Shown: positions 23,187 to 33,585, counted from the stretch's first letter. The stretch: DNA of 64,000 nucleotides from a virus (IMGVR_UViG_2778261533_000001:1-64000), one strand, 5' to 3'. Numbers and translations: made by a program. Notes: a model not told the origin generated them from the sequence alone.

Positions 23187-24230
23187 TTATCTAACGCTCG
23201 ACGAATGACTTGTGATAGCGCCGACTCCAAGCGCGTAATCAAAGAACAATCGTTGATGCATCGCCAGCCTGCCGTGCGTTTTCTCCCAATTATCGCGGTC
23301 ACGCTCAATATCACGCTGGCATGACTGGCACAGAGGAATTGCGTAAATGTCATGCGCGCATAATCGACTATGACGAACGATATAAGGCGTAATGTGAGCG
23401 CCAGCTCCCGCAGCTCCACACCCACAGCATGGACGGGAAGCAACAAAGTCCATGTACTCAGGTAATTTTAGCGATTGCAGTTTTGGTATTTTGAAATGCG
23501 CCATGCCAGGGTCGGAGTCAACATCCACAGGGCATACTTTTGCACGCATCGGCGCGGCGCGTTCTTCCATCATCTGAACATATGCTGTAGCGCGATCGTC
23601 ATACGGGCGAATATCCGCCTCTTTCAGAGGTCCGCTATCCTGCGTTGCGGCTTTCATCTTATTTATTGATATACGGCAAACTTCTTCCGGCATCAGGTGC
23701 ATCATGTTGCGCATGAAAGCCCACCAGCACAGTTCCTGAATACTTAAATCATGGCCATCTGAAAGCCCCATTTCCTGACGGGCGACATCCAGTATCCAGT
23801 TAACGCGATTATTATGCAGCGTTTCTTTCAGCTCATTAAAACCACGCATCCGGTAATGGTTATCGTGATGCCAGCACAACAACACCGCGCTATTGTCTCG
23901 TTCAGCGTGGACAATATGGTTGTCACACCAACTACGATCTGCGGCCTGGCATTGACCCTCTTTCCTACGCAACCACGCCACCAGCGCGTCAATTCCACCA
24001 ATACGGCGAAACAGTTCATCGCTGTTAAAAAACGGCTGCAACGCCTCATTTGTTGCCATAGTTTGCTCGGAAACAACGAGGCCGTCGTCCATGTGCTCGA
24101 TTAACTCACGCGGCACCGGCTCCATAATAAATTTACGGCCAGCCTCCACCAGCTTTCTGACTTCCTGATCCACTTTGAATGTGGCGACGCCAAGCTCTTT
24201 TTGTACAAAGGGAGTAATTACGGCTTTCAC
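23187..24230 (-). CDS. post-doc protein with Cys-rich C-terminal zinc-finger/HNH-like region (347 aa)
   Basis: C-terminus [40 protein letters not shown]; position downstream of phd-doc. Confidence 0.5.
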   Translation of the reverse strand: MKAVITPFVQKELGVATFKVDQEVRKLVEAGRKFIMEPVPRELIEHMDDGLVVSEQTMATNEALQPFFNSDELFRRIGGIDALVAWLRRKEGQCQAADRSWCDNHIVHAERDNSAVLLCWHHDNHYRMRGFNELKETLHNNRVNWILDVARQEMGLSDGHDLSIQELCWWAFMRNMMHLMPEEVCRISINKMKAATQDSGPLKEADIRPYDDRATAYVQMMEERAAPMRAKVCPVDVDSDPGMAHFKIPKLQSLKLPEYMDFVASRPCCGCGAAGAGAHITPYIVRHSRLCAHDIYAIPLCQSCQRDIERDRDNWEKTHGRLAMHQRLFFDYALGVGAITSHSSSVR

Positions 24231-24257
24231 ATCACACCTTTCATCACTGATTGGGCT

Positions 24258-24437
24258 TTATCTGCTGCCCGGCATTCTCTGTTTAAGCACAACCATTTCC
24301 TGACGGCATAACACAGCAATAGCGGTCCTGGCACCAATTTGCTTACCAACCAGGTATTGCTTTACCTCGCGGCGACTCACGCCATCAAGAAGCATCTTTA
24401 ACGCTTCACGGGACAACTTGTTGTATTTACGTGCCAT
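24258..24437 (-). CDS. small post-doc ORF (59 aa)
   Basis: ATG 5 nt after the doc stop; basic protein MARKYNKLSREALKMLLDG. Confidence 0.35.
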   Translation of the reverse strand: MARKYNKLSREALKMLLDGVSRREVKQYLVGKQIGARTAIAVLCRQEMVVLKQRMPGSR

Positions 24438-24441
24438 TAAT

Positions 24442-24822
24442 CTACTCCGCAGAACCATACAATCTACGTAACGTGTCGGCGACAGAAGATACAGATATCT
24501 CGCCAGTCGCAGCCCCTACAGTAAGGTCTGCCAGTTCAGGGGAATCAAATACCTGCACCCCGTTACGGCGTAGAAATAGCAGCGCACTGTTTAGCGCGGT
24601 ACGCTTATTGGCATCATTGAATATATGCCCTCTCGCTGTAGCTACCAGGTAGGTGGCGGAGGCTTCGAAAAGGTCGGTGATCTCTTCGTAGGCAACTCTG
24701 GCCTGAACTCTCCCGATAATGGCCTCTGCCCTACCCGGATCAGACATTCCCGGCAGGCCGCCGTAGCGGCTTATATTCGCATCATGAAGCGCAATAAGTT
24801 CTTCCGGTGATATATGCCTCAT
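24442..24822 (-). CDS. doc: Doc toxin (Fic-fold kinase, 126 aa)
   Basis: Translation [25 protein letters not shown]... matches Doc; start overlaps phd stop. Confidence 0.95.
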
Positions 24823-25043
24823 TATCGGTTAACCAGTTCCTTGTTGGTGGAGTCCAGGGTGTCAAACAGGGATGCAAATTCAGCATCCAGCGCCGCTTTT
24901 TTGTAGGCTTCGAAAGTAGCCTTGCTGACAATTACTGCTGGCTCACGGCCTCTGCGGGTGATTTCAACCTCTTCCCCGGCTTCAACATTGTTGAGCACTT
25001 CAGAAAGGTTGCCACGCGCGGTACGGAAGTTAATGGATTGCAT
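24822..25043 (-). CDS. phd: Phd antitoxin (73 aa)
   Basis: Translation [73 protein letters not shown]. Confidence 0.95.
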
Positions 25044-25115
25044 AAACACCTCGTGTACTCGTTATGTGTACACAATTATAAACTTCACAGGCATAAAGCA
25101 CCAGCACTTTGCAGC

Positions 25116-25505
25116 TTAAATAACCGGACAATCATCAAACTCCCCACTTCGGGCATCATTGATGACATGAGTGATCACACCAAAAACAGCATTACTGCCC
25201 GTGTATCCATCGTCATCTACTGGTAACGCCTCTTTCTTCCCGGTGCTTAAATCCTCCAGGTGCTGGCGCGGATACTTCCTGTATCTCTTTATGCGATATT
25301 CACCCTCCATAGCGCACACAAGCAGAGAACCATCAACCGGAGTAAGCGAGGAATCAACCACCAGCAAAGCACCCTGCAATATTCCCTCACGGTGATGGCT
25401 ATCAGCTGCCCGCATGAAGTAGGTTGCTGATGGATGCCTGATTAGTTGCTGATCAAGAGAAATTCGGCTTTCAACATAATCCGCCGCAGGAGAAGGGAAG
25501 CCCAT
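25116..25505 (-). CDS. humD: HumD, UmuD'-like translesion synthesis accessory protein
   Basis: S24 peptidase/UmuD-like C-terminal domain; LexA box immediately upstream. Confidence 0.85.
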   Translation of the reverse strand: MGFPSPAADYVESRISLDQQLIRHPSATYFMRAADSHHREGILQGALLVVDSSLTPVDGSLLVCAMEGEYRIKRYRKYPRQHLEDLSTGKKEALPVDDDGYTGSNAVFGVITHVINDARSGEFDDCPVI

Positions 25506-25522
25506 AGCGTTTTCACCTCAAT

Positions 25523-25542
25523 AATACTGTTAATTTATACAG
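25523..25542. promoter_or_regulatory. LexA (SOS) box upstream of humD
   Basis: TACTGTTAATTTATACAGTA matches CTGT-N8-ACAG. Confidence 0.8.
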
Positions 25543-25830
25543 TATACATTAAAGAGACACCTTTGGTGCAAACGCGTTACGTACATCAACCACCGCTGAT
25601 GATTTTGTGCTCTTTGCTACTATTCATCACCAACGGATCAGCGTATCGGTAATTCACATTGGCTATGTCCGCCTGTCCATCGAAGAAGATGAAGATCGTT
25701 ATATCGTACGCCACTATACATTGGACAGAAAAGAGCTTCCCAATGAATGGAACATGAGTAATTTCTACAACGGTGAATATGGCTTAAAACCCGCTATGAA
25801 TGGCGCGGGCATTGCGTAATAGCCTAACAA

Positions 25831-26070
25831 CTATTCTGTTTTCTGATATGCCGGATCGTTCCCTTTTGGCAGCTGGAGGCTTAACTGCCGGTAGTGCCGT
25901 AGACGTTCCATGAAATAGGTGCGCAGATTCTCTGGTTGCTCGCGGGCTACCTGTTCAGCTATGACAGGTATGTTCAATCGCTCTTTGTACGCCACACCGC
26001 TGGCAGCCAGATCAACGTTAACCTTATCCCGTTCTTCCTGACTTTTAGCTGCAATATTCCAGTCGCTCAT
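25831..26070 (-). CDS. hot: Hot, homolog of DNA polymerase III theta subunit
   Basis: [47 protein letters not shown] parallels E. coli HolE. Confidence 0.8.
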   Translation of the reverse strand: MSDWNIAAKSQEERDKVNVDLAASGVAYKERLNIPVIAEQVAREQPENLRTYFMERLRHYRQLSLQLPKGNDPAYQKTE

Positions 26071-26072
26071 AT

Positions 26073-26345
26073 TTAAGGCTCACATTTCCAGATGGTATTC
26101 TGAACACCCGAACCGGGCGCAAGATTAGGGTTAGCGTTCGCGCTATGCTGATATACTGCTTTAGACTTCCCATATTGCTGACAGGCTTTATCTGCGGTTT
26201 TTTGCAGGCTATCCAGGCCATACCAACCATCTGACTGTATGCTTACCTTTTCACCGTCGTTGTATTGCACCATTGCACACCCAGATATAGCCAGTATCGC
26301 ACCGACAATAACGCTTTTCCATAAAACTCTATGCAACATATACAA
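26073..26345 (-). CDS. putative lipoprotein (90 aa)
   Basis: Signal peptide with lipobox ILAISGC; coupled to hot. Confidence 0.5.
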   Translation of the reverse strand: MYMLHRVLWKSVIVGAILAISGCAMVQYNDGEKVSIQSDGWYGLDSLQKTADKACQQYGKSKAVYQHSANANPNLAPGSGVQNTIWKCEP

Positions 26346-26348
26346 AAA

Positions 26349-26374
26349 TCCCCTCTGTGAATTGAGGGGATTTT
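26349..26374. terminator. hairpin CCCCTC-N-GAGGGGA with flanking A/T tracts
   Basis: Read directly; follows the 26385..27020 gene on the minus strand. Confidence 0.6.
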
Positions 26375-26384
26375 AGCATGGTGA

Positions 26385-27020
26385 TCAGATATCGGCCTTA
26401 TTCGGAATTTTATCAGCCACCAGCGGCAATAAAGCCTTCGCCATTTCATGAACCAACATGGCATCAATGACGCCTAGCGTATGGCCCGGTTTAATGTTTA
26501 ATGCCGCCTCAAGATGACTCCTTTCCAGGCCGCTTTTCTCGGCTTGTTTATGACGATCTGGTGTAATAACTTCGCCCAAAACGCGGCTAATTTTTTCTCG
26601 TAATTGCTGGGTGCCAGCACACTTGATCGCTGTATCGTGGAGACGGTTAACCAGTTCGCGATAAACATGCGGCTTAATGCGGATACGTTCACCGGTGACG
26701 CCCTTTCCTGGCGCTGGCACCGAACTATCCGGATAGTTGCCAGCCTCGTAAGCTACCCGCAGCCAGTGCATGAATGTTTCAGTGGACACACAACCACAGT
26801 CCACATCGATTTTTCCGCGTTGCTGTTCCAGCCACTGCTCAAAATTCAATCTACACGTATTACTTTCATGTTGCTCTTTTTGTCTCAAGGCCAGCATCTG
26901 CTGGGCTATTTCCAATACTTCATCTGCCGTATATCCAGCACCGTGACCATACATTTCGATACGGGAAATAATCTCTGATATACGCTCTTCAGTGATTCTG
27001 GTCATTTCTTTTTGCGCCAT
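26385..27020 (-). CDS. hypothetical protein (211 aa)
   Basis: ORF track; no recognisable motif. Confidence 0.45.
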   Translation of the reverse strand: MAQKEMTRITEERISEIISRIEMYGHGAGYTADEVLEIAQQMLALRQKEQHESNTCRLNFEQWLEQQRGKIDVDCGCVSTETFMHWLRVAYEAGNYPDSSVPAPGKGVTGERIRIKPHVYRELVNRLHDTAIKCAGTQQLREKISRVLGEVITPDRHKQAEKSGLERSHLEAALNIKPGHTLGVIDAMLVHEMAKALLPLVADKIPNKADI

Positions 27021-27373
27021 TTCTTTTCACATTCCTTAGTCCATTTTTCAATGTTCATTTTGGCAATATCAGTCATTCCATCACCTAAGAAATACTTTTT
27101 CCGGTATGTCTTGCACTTAAACCACACTACAACAGCCACCAGCCAGAAAATAAAAGGCCATACAGCAATACCAACGACAGCCGCGATAAAGCCCAATAGC
27201 CATAAATGAAGCTCTCCAACTTCTGTTTCCGGCAATATTCTTAAAGAATTAAACAGCAGGCTGAACGAATGGTCGTATGCATTGGCGGTATAAGACATGC
27301 AATCCATATAATTAAAGTCATAGCCTGCGGCTGCCGCCCATAATGGGCGGTCAAGAAAATGTTTTAGTGTCAT
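27002..27373 (-). CDS. hypothetical membrane protein (123 aa)
   Basis: Hydrophobic core LWLLGFIAAVVGIAVWPFIFWLVAVVVWF and Lys-rich C-terminus. Confidence 0.4.
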   Translation of the reverse strand: MTLKHFLDRPLWAAAAGYDFNYMDCMSYTANAYDHSFSLLFNSLRILPETEVGELHLWLLGFIAAVVGIAVWPFIFWLVAVVVWFKCKTYRKKYFLGDGMTDIAKMNIEKWTKECEKKWRKKK

Positions 27374-27855
27374 TATATAAATTTAAGGTTCAGACCAGTT
27401 ATCTTCAATAGCAATGCTTAATCTTTGTAGCCATTCTGCTAATTTCAGCATTGCTTCTCTTTCGCTTAAACCACGAGGAAAATCATCAAGCGAAATTGTT
27501 GGCTTGAATCCCCCCGCAATTATCCATTTCAACTGTCAGATTTTGTTCCAGCACGGTATTTCTTACGCGGCTATTGTGCCGAAGCAAATATACTGAGCGT
27601 GATTTATTGGTTTTGTGGTCTAGCTTATATTCGGTAAGTATCATCTGGCTTTTGCCATGATTATTACCTCTCCACATACTTACCTCACTTAATAAAACAA
27701 CTCCATGCGTAGTTGATGATTTTTTCCCACGTAATATAAATCTGCACTCCGGCAGTAAAACCAAAGCCAACAATTGCTGAAAAAATCAAAACATTTACTT
27801 TTGACATTATAAATTTTCTCTCGGTGTCGTAGGTGATAGCACCATAATTGATAAT

Positions 27856-28089
27856 TTAGTGAGTTAGCAGTTCCATTTTTTTGATGATTTCCGCATGAGC
27901 ATCATCGTTATCAACACTTAGCTCGTTTAATGCTTCTCGCACTACATCAACTTCTTCAGGCTGAAAGAAGTCGTCGCGGTAATCACCAAATAGAACCGAA
28001 ACCAGCCTGCCACCAGCAACATCAAGATTGGCGCTAACAGGTGGCTCTTTGCCATCCTCAAATTCGACTACAAAAGTTAATTTCCCCAT
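27856..28089 (-). CDS. hypothetical acidic protein (77 aa)
   Basis: ORF track only. Confidence 0.3.
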   Translation of the reverse strand: MGKLTFVVEFEDGKEPPVSANLDVAGGRLVSVLFGDYRDDFFQPEEVDVVREALNELSVDNDDAHAEIIKKMELLTH

Positions 28090-28165
28090 CGTTACCCCCA
28101 GAAGATAAAAATAGCGGCAATCGCCATAGCTACGCCTACAATCGCAAATGCTTCAGGCCAGCTTA

Positions 28166-28498
28166 TTACCTCACCTCCAGTCTCCATACCGCCTGACCAA
28201 TCCGGCTGGCATGGGTATCTTTGGATACTGTTCCATCTTTAGCCAGCTCCATAAGAATTTTGCGCAAATCTGCCGAACGCCATTCTTCATCAGGAAATTC
28301 CTTCTCCATTGCCAACCGCAGATTCCAGGTTGCTATCGTGAATGGATATTCCCCGCCGAGAGCTTTCTCTTGCAGGGCAGCACGGGAACGTATCACCTGC
28401 AAAACCTTCTCTTTTACATCCATCATTTTGCCTCCTGCGGCGGTTCTGGTAGCGGCATCCAGTGTGATGGTATCCACGACGCACCAGGTATTACCCAC
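28166..28498 (-). CDS. hypothetical protein (110 aa)
   Basis: ORF track only. Confidence 0.3.
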   Translation of the reverse strand: MGNTWCVVDTITLDAATRTAAGGKMMDVKEKVLQVIRSRAALQEKALGGEYPFTIATWNLRLAMEKEFPDEEWRSADLRKILMELAKDGTVSKDTHASRIGQAVWRLEVR

Positions 28499-28541
28499 CC
28501 ATCATTAGCGTCAGGATGCCCCGGGATGTAAGTCGCCCATT

Positions 28542-28937
28542 TCATTCGCCAGTCACCTTTCCTGTCAAACTCCCTGGCAACAAGAACGGCTGTTTTGGTA
28601 TTCCATATCGCTCGAATACAGCTAAATGGTTGCGCATAATCTCAGGCGTAAGCTCTTTGTAAGCATAAGCAAGAGGCTCTGATGCATTATCCGGCACAAC
28701 CGACGCAAGCGCGGCAGCATAAACAGGAATAACGTCCACTTGCTCTTTATTGCTTTCATCCGTTAAAGCCCAGAATAATTTCCCGGCCGGATGTTTGAAA
28801 ATATAAGCAATTGGTTCTGCTTCCAGCGATGCCAGAGCAATTTCATACGACCGTCGCTCAATATTGTCTCGCACGTCCAGGCTGCTGATACGCTCTTTGA
28901 TTTCTTTAATCATTTCTTTGTCGGTTAAAGTTGTCAT
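28542..28937 (-). CDS. hypothetical protein, paralog A1 (131 aa)
   Basis: MTTLTDKEMIKEIKERISSLDVRDNIERRSYEIALASLEAEP, about 80 percent identical over the N-terminus to the 29812..30249 product. Confidence 0.5.
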   Translation of the reverse strand: MTTLTDKEMIKEIKERISSLDVRDNIERRSYEIALASLEAEPIAYIFKHPAGKLFWALTDESNKEQVDVIPVYAAALASVVPDNASEPLAYAYKELTPEIMRNHLAVFERYGIPKQPFLLPGSLTGKVTGE

Positions 28938-29449
28938 GCCGCGTTTCCTTCTTTCTTATTAACAATTACACCGTCATATATTTCATTAAGGTGCCCTCTC
29001 AACTCCATGAGCCTTAATGCAGATAACATGTAATCGCATTCAACCTGCTTATTTCCAGTAAATGGCTTATCGTCAGGATTACCCCAACAGCAATTACCCT
29101 TGGGCCACCCATGTACTTTCCGTACTCTTCCGTTAACAACGTGAAGTAATCCCCAGCCAGGTGGTAAATCCTCAATTGAAATAATTCCAGGCTCACTAAT
29201 AAAGAATCGCCAGTCGCCCATTCCAAGAGACGGATTTTTACGAAAACGCTTTTTTCTATCTGCCAACAAGTCAGCACGAGAACACTTCGCCTCTATCAGG
29301 CATGATGCTGAATTTCTGAATCCCATAGCATCTGGCTGTTCTCCGGTACTGGTTACAGCTATAAAGCGGTCATGAAAACAAACCTTGAACCCGTTGCGCT
29401 TAAGGAACTTATACGCAATCTGACAGAGTTCGCGGTGTGTTAACGCCAT
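28934..29449 (-). CDS. putative PD-(D/E)xK-type nuclease (MmcB-like, 171 aa)
   Basis: ATG at 29447-29449 after AAGGAGAG RBS; motif QPDAMGF...CLIEAKCSRADLL suggests a D...ExK core. Confidence 0.4.
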   Translation of the reverse strand: MALTHRELCQIAYKFLKRNGFKVCFHDRFIAVTSTGEQPDAMGFRNSASCLIEAKCSRADLLADRKKRFRKNPSLGMGDWRFFISEPGIISIEDLPPGWGLLHVVNGRVRKVHGWPKGNCCWGNPDDKPFTGNKQVECDYMLSALRLMELRGHLNEIYDGVIVNKKEGNAA

Positions 29450-29450
29450 A

Positions 29451-29639
29451 TCACTCTCCTTTAGTGCGCAAGTGGTTTTTCCAGCGGTTTTGCGCCGCAC
29501 TGGGCTTTTTGCAACAACTGTGACCCATCACCCCGCAACACCCCGCCAACCTCACTCGTCTGTTACTAATCCTCAACCAGCGCCAGATCCCAACACCGTT
29601 TCTGCGAGCTAACAGAATCTTTGCCTTACGGTTTTTCAT
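29451..29639 (-). CDS. small basic ORF in duplicated leader (62 aa), copy 1
   Basis: MKNRKAKILLARRNG...CCKKPSAAQNRWKNH; paralog at 30251..30445; coding status uncertain. Confidence 0.25.
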   Translation of the reverse strand: MKNRKAKILLARRNGVGIWRWLRISNRRVRLAGCCGVMGHSCCKKPSAAQNRWKNHLRTKGE

Positions 29640-29811
29640 CGCTTTGCTCTCCTGCGTCTCTTTGCTGCTCGTCGTGCCGCTGCAATACCGGTATGGCGGC
29701 GCTTTGGTGCCGGGATGATGTTGTCAGCCATCAGGACATGTGGCTTTGCAATTAGCGCAGAAGCCCAAAAACGAGTCGGGTACGGTAACAAGCCGAAAAA
29801 TGCCACACGCA

Positions 29812-30249
29812 TTACTCACCTCCCTTACCCTGAAGCATGGCAGCGCGGCAGGCTTCATCAACCATAGCTTCTACGTTTTCGAGAAGTACGTAACTGTACT
29901 GCTGCCCACTAACCCATTCTTTTCTGCGAGGTAATGCGCGTGGGTCCGCTACAATGGTTCGCAAACGTTCCAGAACAGCAGGCACTACCGGCTCTGGTTG
30001 GATAGTGACGTTGGCAAAGGCAGCACGCAAACCGGCCTTAATTTCCTCTACTTCATCAGCGCCTAGCGATGAATCTGACAATGCGTGATGGAATGCGTAA
30101 GCCATATCGTCGTTTACTGCAACCGGCTCTGCTTCCAGTGATGCCAGTGCAATTTCATAAGCACGGCGCTCAATATTGTCTCTAACGTCCAAGCTGCCTA
30201 TGCGCTCTTTGATTTCTTTAATCATTTCTTTGTCGGTAAAAGTGGTCAC
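29812..30249 (-). CDS. hypothetical protein, paralog A2 (GTG start)
   Basis: GTG start after the same AAGGAGAG RBS as the 28934 gene; N-terminus parallels A1. Confidence 0.45.
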   Translation of the reverse strand: MTTFTDKEMIKEIKERIGSLDVRDNIERRAYEIALASLEAEPVAVNDDMAYAFHHALSDSSLGADEVEEIKAGLRAAFANVTIQPEPVVPAVLERLRTIVADPRALPRRKEWVSGQQYSYVLLENVEAMVDEACRAAMLQGKGGE

Positions 30250-30250
30250 A

Positions 30251-30445
30251 TCACTCTCCTTTAGTGCGCAGATAACTGTGGTTTTTCCAGCGGTTTTGCG
30301 CCGCGCTGGGCTTTTTGCAAAAACCACAATCCATCATCCCGTAATGTTTCATTAACCCCATCCGTCGGTTGCTGAGTCTCACCCACTGCCAGACGCCAGG
30401 AGCGTTTCTACGAACTAACAGAATCTTTGCTTTACGGTTTTTCAT
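30251..30445 (-). CDS. small basic ORF in duplicated leader (64 aa), copy 2
   Basis: Paralog of 29451..29639. Confidence 0.25.
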   Translation of the reverse strand: MKNRKAKILLVRRNAPGVWQWVRLSNRRMGLMKHYGMMDCGFCKKPSAAQNRWKNHSYLRTKGE

Positions 30446-30681
30446 CGTTTGCCCCCTGCTTTTCTGCCCTTAACACCATGCGAGAACCATCATCCAGCTC
30501 CCAATTGATTTCACCGCCTTCTGCCATGACAAGATGCCAAACGAGTTGTGCGGCCTCGTTGGTTACATCACGACCGCGATCATTGCCTACACGGCGTTTT
30601 GTTCCGTCACCTAAATCGCGCATTTTGGCCAACACGATGGTTTTTGATAGCGGTGAAAAACCAAGCTGTAGCCGTGCGGAA

Positions 30682-31314
30682 TTACTCACTGGTTGCCCCC
30701 TGAATACGTTTAAACTCAATTACCCATACCCACGGGTTAGATAGCCAGTTCTCTTGCCCGTAAATACCGCGCCAGATATCACCAAAGCCAACGCGATAAA
30801 CCGCTTCCGGCGGTGTAATCTTGTACGTCGCCGGAGATGCGCCTTCCGCTTTAGCATCTGCCTCGCTCATGTCATGCAGCCGTTCCACACGCACGTCGGT
30901 AATTTCCAGCAAAATACGCGAAGCCCAGCGCGGCATGTGAATCGACGGGGTCCAGCCCTCAGCTGGCTTGCTACTATCTGAGTAATCAGCCTTGTAATCA
31001 CACAGTTCAGAAGCCAGAGAGACACCATCTTTGATTTCCTGAATGACATCGTTATCCAGCCAAAAAGCGTTGAATGTTTCACGGACCCATATGCGATCAC
31101 CAACGTTACCGAACGGGCATAAACCATGTTCCGGTGCATCCATAACGTGGGTATAGACACCATTGCGTTTCTTTGTCGGTTTACGGATAACCAGGCAGTT
31201 ATCGGCCCTGACATTTTTTACAGGTCGGCGAGTCTGCGTTTTCCTTCCTTCGAGGATGGCTCTGACCATCTCATCATTAAAAATCATGCCGCGCTCTTTC
31301 ACTTCGCCTTTCAT
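30682..31314 (-). CDS. ASCH-like domain protein (210 aa)
   Basis: MIFNDEMVRAILEGRKTQTRRP is a common ASCH-type N-terminus; GGGGGA RBS. Confidence 0.45.
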   Translation of the reverse strand: MKGEVKERGMIFNDEMVRAILEGRKTQTRRPVKNVRADNCLVIRKPTKKRNGVYTHVMDAPEHGLCPFGNVGDRIWVRETFNAFWLDNDVIQEIKDGVSLASELCDYKADYSDSSKPAEGWTPSIHMPRWASRILLEITDVRVERLHDMSEADAKAEGASPATYKITPPEAVYRVGFGDIWRGIYGQENWLSNPWVWVIEFKRIQGATSE

Positions 31315-31323
31315 GCATCCCCC

Positions 31324-31410
31324 TTACCCATGCGCGACGATGCCGCCAAAAGTGATAGAGAACAGCCAGAAATAGATCGCGGCCATAATGATTTTGAATG
31401 CCGTGTTCAT
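31324..31410 (-). CDS. 28-aa hydrophobic peptide (MNTAFKIIMAAIYFWLFSITFGGIVAHG), not in ORF track
   Basis: Hand translation; AGGAG RBS 9 nt upstream; stop 10 nt before the ASCH-like gene start. Confidence 0.25.
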   Translation of the reverse strand: MNTAFKIIMAAIYFWLFSITFGGIVAHG

Positions 31411-31492
31411 ATTTTCAGCTCCTGTGATTGATTGGATACATGCCGCGCCTTACGGCATGTTTTTATTTTCACTTTCTCTGTTTTAAAAATCA

Positions 31493-31509
31493 AGATTTAT
31501 TAGAGCAAT
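31493..31509. promoter_or_regulatory. C1 operator (16/17)
   Basis: AGATTTATTAGAGCAAT. Confidence 0.65.
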
Positions 31510-32015
31510 TATTGTTGATGGAGAAGCGCGTTTTCATACTCCCTGACCATTAACGTAAGTACGCCGTGACTCCTGAAAACACGCGCCACTTCAATCTTAT
31601 CTTCCAGCGCGAACGCAATTTTACTTAGACCAATTTTCTTCAGGAGATCAATCTTTGCTGGACCGTCATTTCTGTCATCGGTGGCAGGACGCATAGATAG
31701 CAAAGGCTCCGCCCCATTTGTTACGTGCTTACGCAACCAGGCTCGTGTTTTATCCCTGGCTATCTCACAGCGCCCGGTTACAAACCAGAGGGTGTAAATG
31801 CCGGACAACTGGCGCACCATATCAATAACTGGAGTGATGGGAGCATCAGTGTCACAGGCAAGGTTAAACTCGTTCCAGTGCTCTGTTAATGCACCTTTGC
31901 CAGGTGGTGGAAGTAAATGCAGCCTGTCTTCCGTTGCCTCTGATATCGTCCCATCAATATCTACTATGACGATGTACGGACGTTCCTGGTGTGCGTGTTT
32001 ATTGAAAATACTCAA
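31509..32015 (-). CDS. HAD-superfamily phosphatase-like protein (168 aa)
   Basis: VIVDIDGTI motif I of HAD phosphatases near the N-terminus. Confidence 0.5.
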   Translation of the reverse strand: MSIFNKHAHQERPYIVIVDIDGTISEATEDRLHLLPPPGKGALTEHWNEFNLACDTDAPITPVIDMVRQLSGIYTLWFVTGRCEIARDKTRAWLRKHVTNGAEPLLSMRPATDDRNDGPAKIDLLKKIGLSKIAFALEDKIEVARVFRSHGVLTLMVREYENALLHQQ

Positions 32016-32088
32016 ATGCCCTCCTCATTGGACGAAAAAAAATGCTGGTGGGAGCACTCCACCAGCATTAAAAGTGACACTGTAACTA

Positions 32089-33351
32089 TCAGCGAACGTA
32101 AATAGTGCCGCCGTTCTCTTTTTCCCATGCATCGCTACGTGCATAGCAAACATCGAGAAGTCTTCTTGCCGCAGTTTCCTCTAAACCCAATTCGACAACC
32201 AACTGCTCATGACGGCGGGTAACCACATCAAACAGGGTATGCAGCCCTTTAGTTGCCAGATCATCAATGAATTCCGGTTCGAACGGCAGCTCTGCATCTG
32301 CCAACATAACCTCTTGCGCCCACTCAACTCGACGGACCAATTCCGGGCGACGGCTTTCCATCTCTTTACAGATCAATTCATGGAAGAACTCTACCCAACC
32401 TTCCGGCTGGAACTCGCGGAAAATTGCCAACGGCTGGAAGTTTGGCATCAACCATTCGTTGATTCGGATATCAATGGCATAGCCCATGTCGCAGCAGAAC
32501 TGATAAGCAAAGTCCAGCTTAGAAACGATATAAGGACGCTCGTTATTGAACTCTTTAGGCGATGAGATCCCATAAGCCAGGAGGCGCGGGAAGAAGGAGA
32601 TTTGCCCTAACGTCGGATGAAGTTTGCTTGCAGGGAAACGGCGCTCAGTAATGCCATACATTTCCTTCTTGAGCGTCGCAAATTTGGCATTCTCATTAAC
32701 CAGCGCGGTAACCTCTGCTTTTTTATTAGCAAATGCCACGCGCGCTTCGCTTGCATCTTTAATAGTTTTTTTGAGCTGTTGGTTAAGGTCGGCGACCTGC
32801 TTACGCAGTTCCTGTCGCTCGCTTTTAGCTTTGTTATAGCGTTTCTCAAGGTTAAAAGGATCAAGTTTCATGATCTCTTTATATTGAGATTTTAGCGTTG
32901 AAATCTGTGAGTTCCGCAGTTCAACCATCGCGGTCATTTCATTGAGTTTTGTTTCCAGCTCAATGCTTATACGTTCGGCATTATCAGCACGCTGGTTGGC
33001 GTCATGTGTCGCATCGTCGATCGCGTCCTGTTGCTGGCGTTTCAAATGTTCAATTTGCAGCTGAAGCTCTTCAATTTCTTTACCCTTCAGACCGAGATCC
33101 AACTGCATATTTTCAGCTGCATCTACCAGGGAGTTATGGCTATCAGCTTCTGCGTTATAAACATCAATAAGCTGTGCGTGAAGCATCTCCGCTGACTGAA
33201 CCGCATTATCAAAAAAACGTGCTGTGAGGTCATCACAACTAACGCGGCGTTGCGCGGCCCGGATGTTCTGGATAATGGCCGGGATACCGGCATTCAGGAC
33301 GTCAGGGATAGATACATTTTCGATTGATTGGTTTTGTGCTGAAGTGCTCAT
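32089..33351 (-). CDS. coiled-coil protein (420 aa)
   Basis: Long heptad-rich N-terminal half; globular C-terminal half; no enzymatic motif recognised. Confidence 0.45.
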   Translation of the reverse strand: MSTSAQNQSIENVSIPDVLNAGIPAIIQNIRAAQRRVSCDDLTARFFDNAVQSAEMLHAQLIDVYNAEADSHNSLVDAAENMQLDLGLKGKEIEELQLQIEHLKRQQQDAIDDATHDANQRADNAERISIELETKLNEMTAMVELRNSQISTLKSQYKEIMKLDPFNLEKRYNKAKSERQELRKQVADLNQQLKKTIKDASEARVAFANKKAEVTALVNENAKFATLKKEMYGITERRFPASKLHPTLGQISFFPRLLAYGISSPKEFNNERPYIVSKLDFAYQFCCDMGYAIDIRINEWLMPNFQPLAIFREFQPEGWVEFFHELICKEMESRRPELVRRVEWAQEVMLADAELPFEPEFIDDLATKGLHTLFDVVTRRHEQLVVELGLEETAARRLLDVCYARSDAWEKENGGTIYVR

Positions 33352-33352
33352 T

Positions 33353-33571
33353 TCAAAGTTCCGTATTAGCTTGTGCTTCGGTCATTTTTCCTAAGTATGA
33401 AGGTGGAAGGACTACGCAATTTGTATCCAGCCCCTCACCCAGGGCAGCCTGTAAAATTCTGGCTAAGGAGAGTCTCTTGTTGCGATACCGGGTGATGACA
33501 TGCCTGATATCGCCGGACGGCGTAACAAAGGCGATCAGCCAGTAGTGATATTTCCGTCGGAATGGCCACAT
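33353..33571 (-). CDS. hypothetical protein (72 aa)
   Basis: ORF track; first gene after the operator/terminator cluster. Confidence 0.35.
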   Translation of the reverse strand: MWPFRRKYHYWLIAFVTPSGDIRHVITRYRNKRLSLARILQAALGEGLDTNCVVLPPSYLGKMTEAQANTEL

Positions 33572-33585
33572 AGTGCACCTTATGG

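Noticed and set aside
26604-26978. 124-aa plus-strand ORF
   Set aside because: Antisense to the 211-aa minus-strand gene within a uniformly leftward operon.
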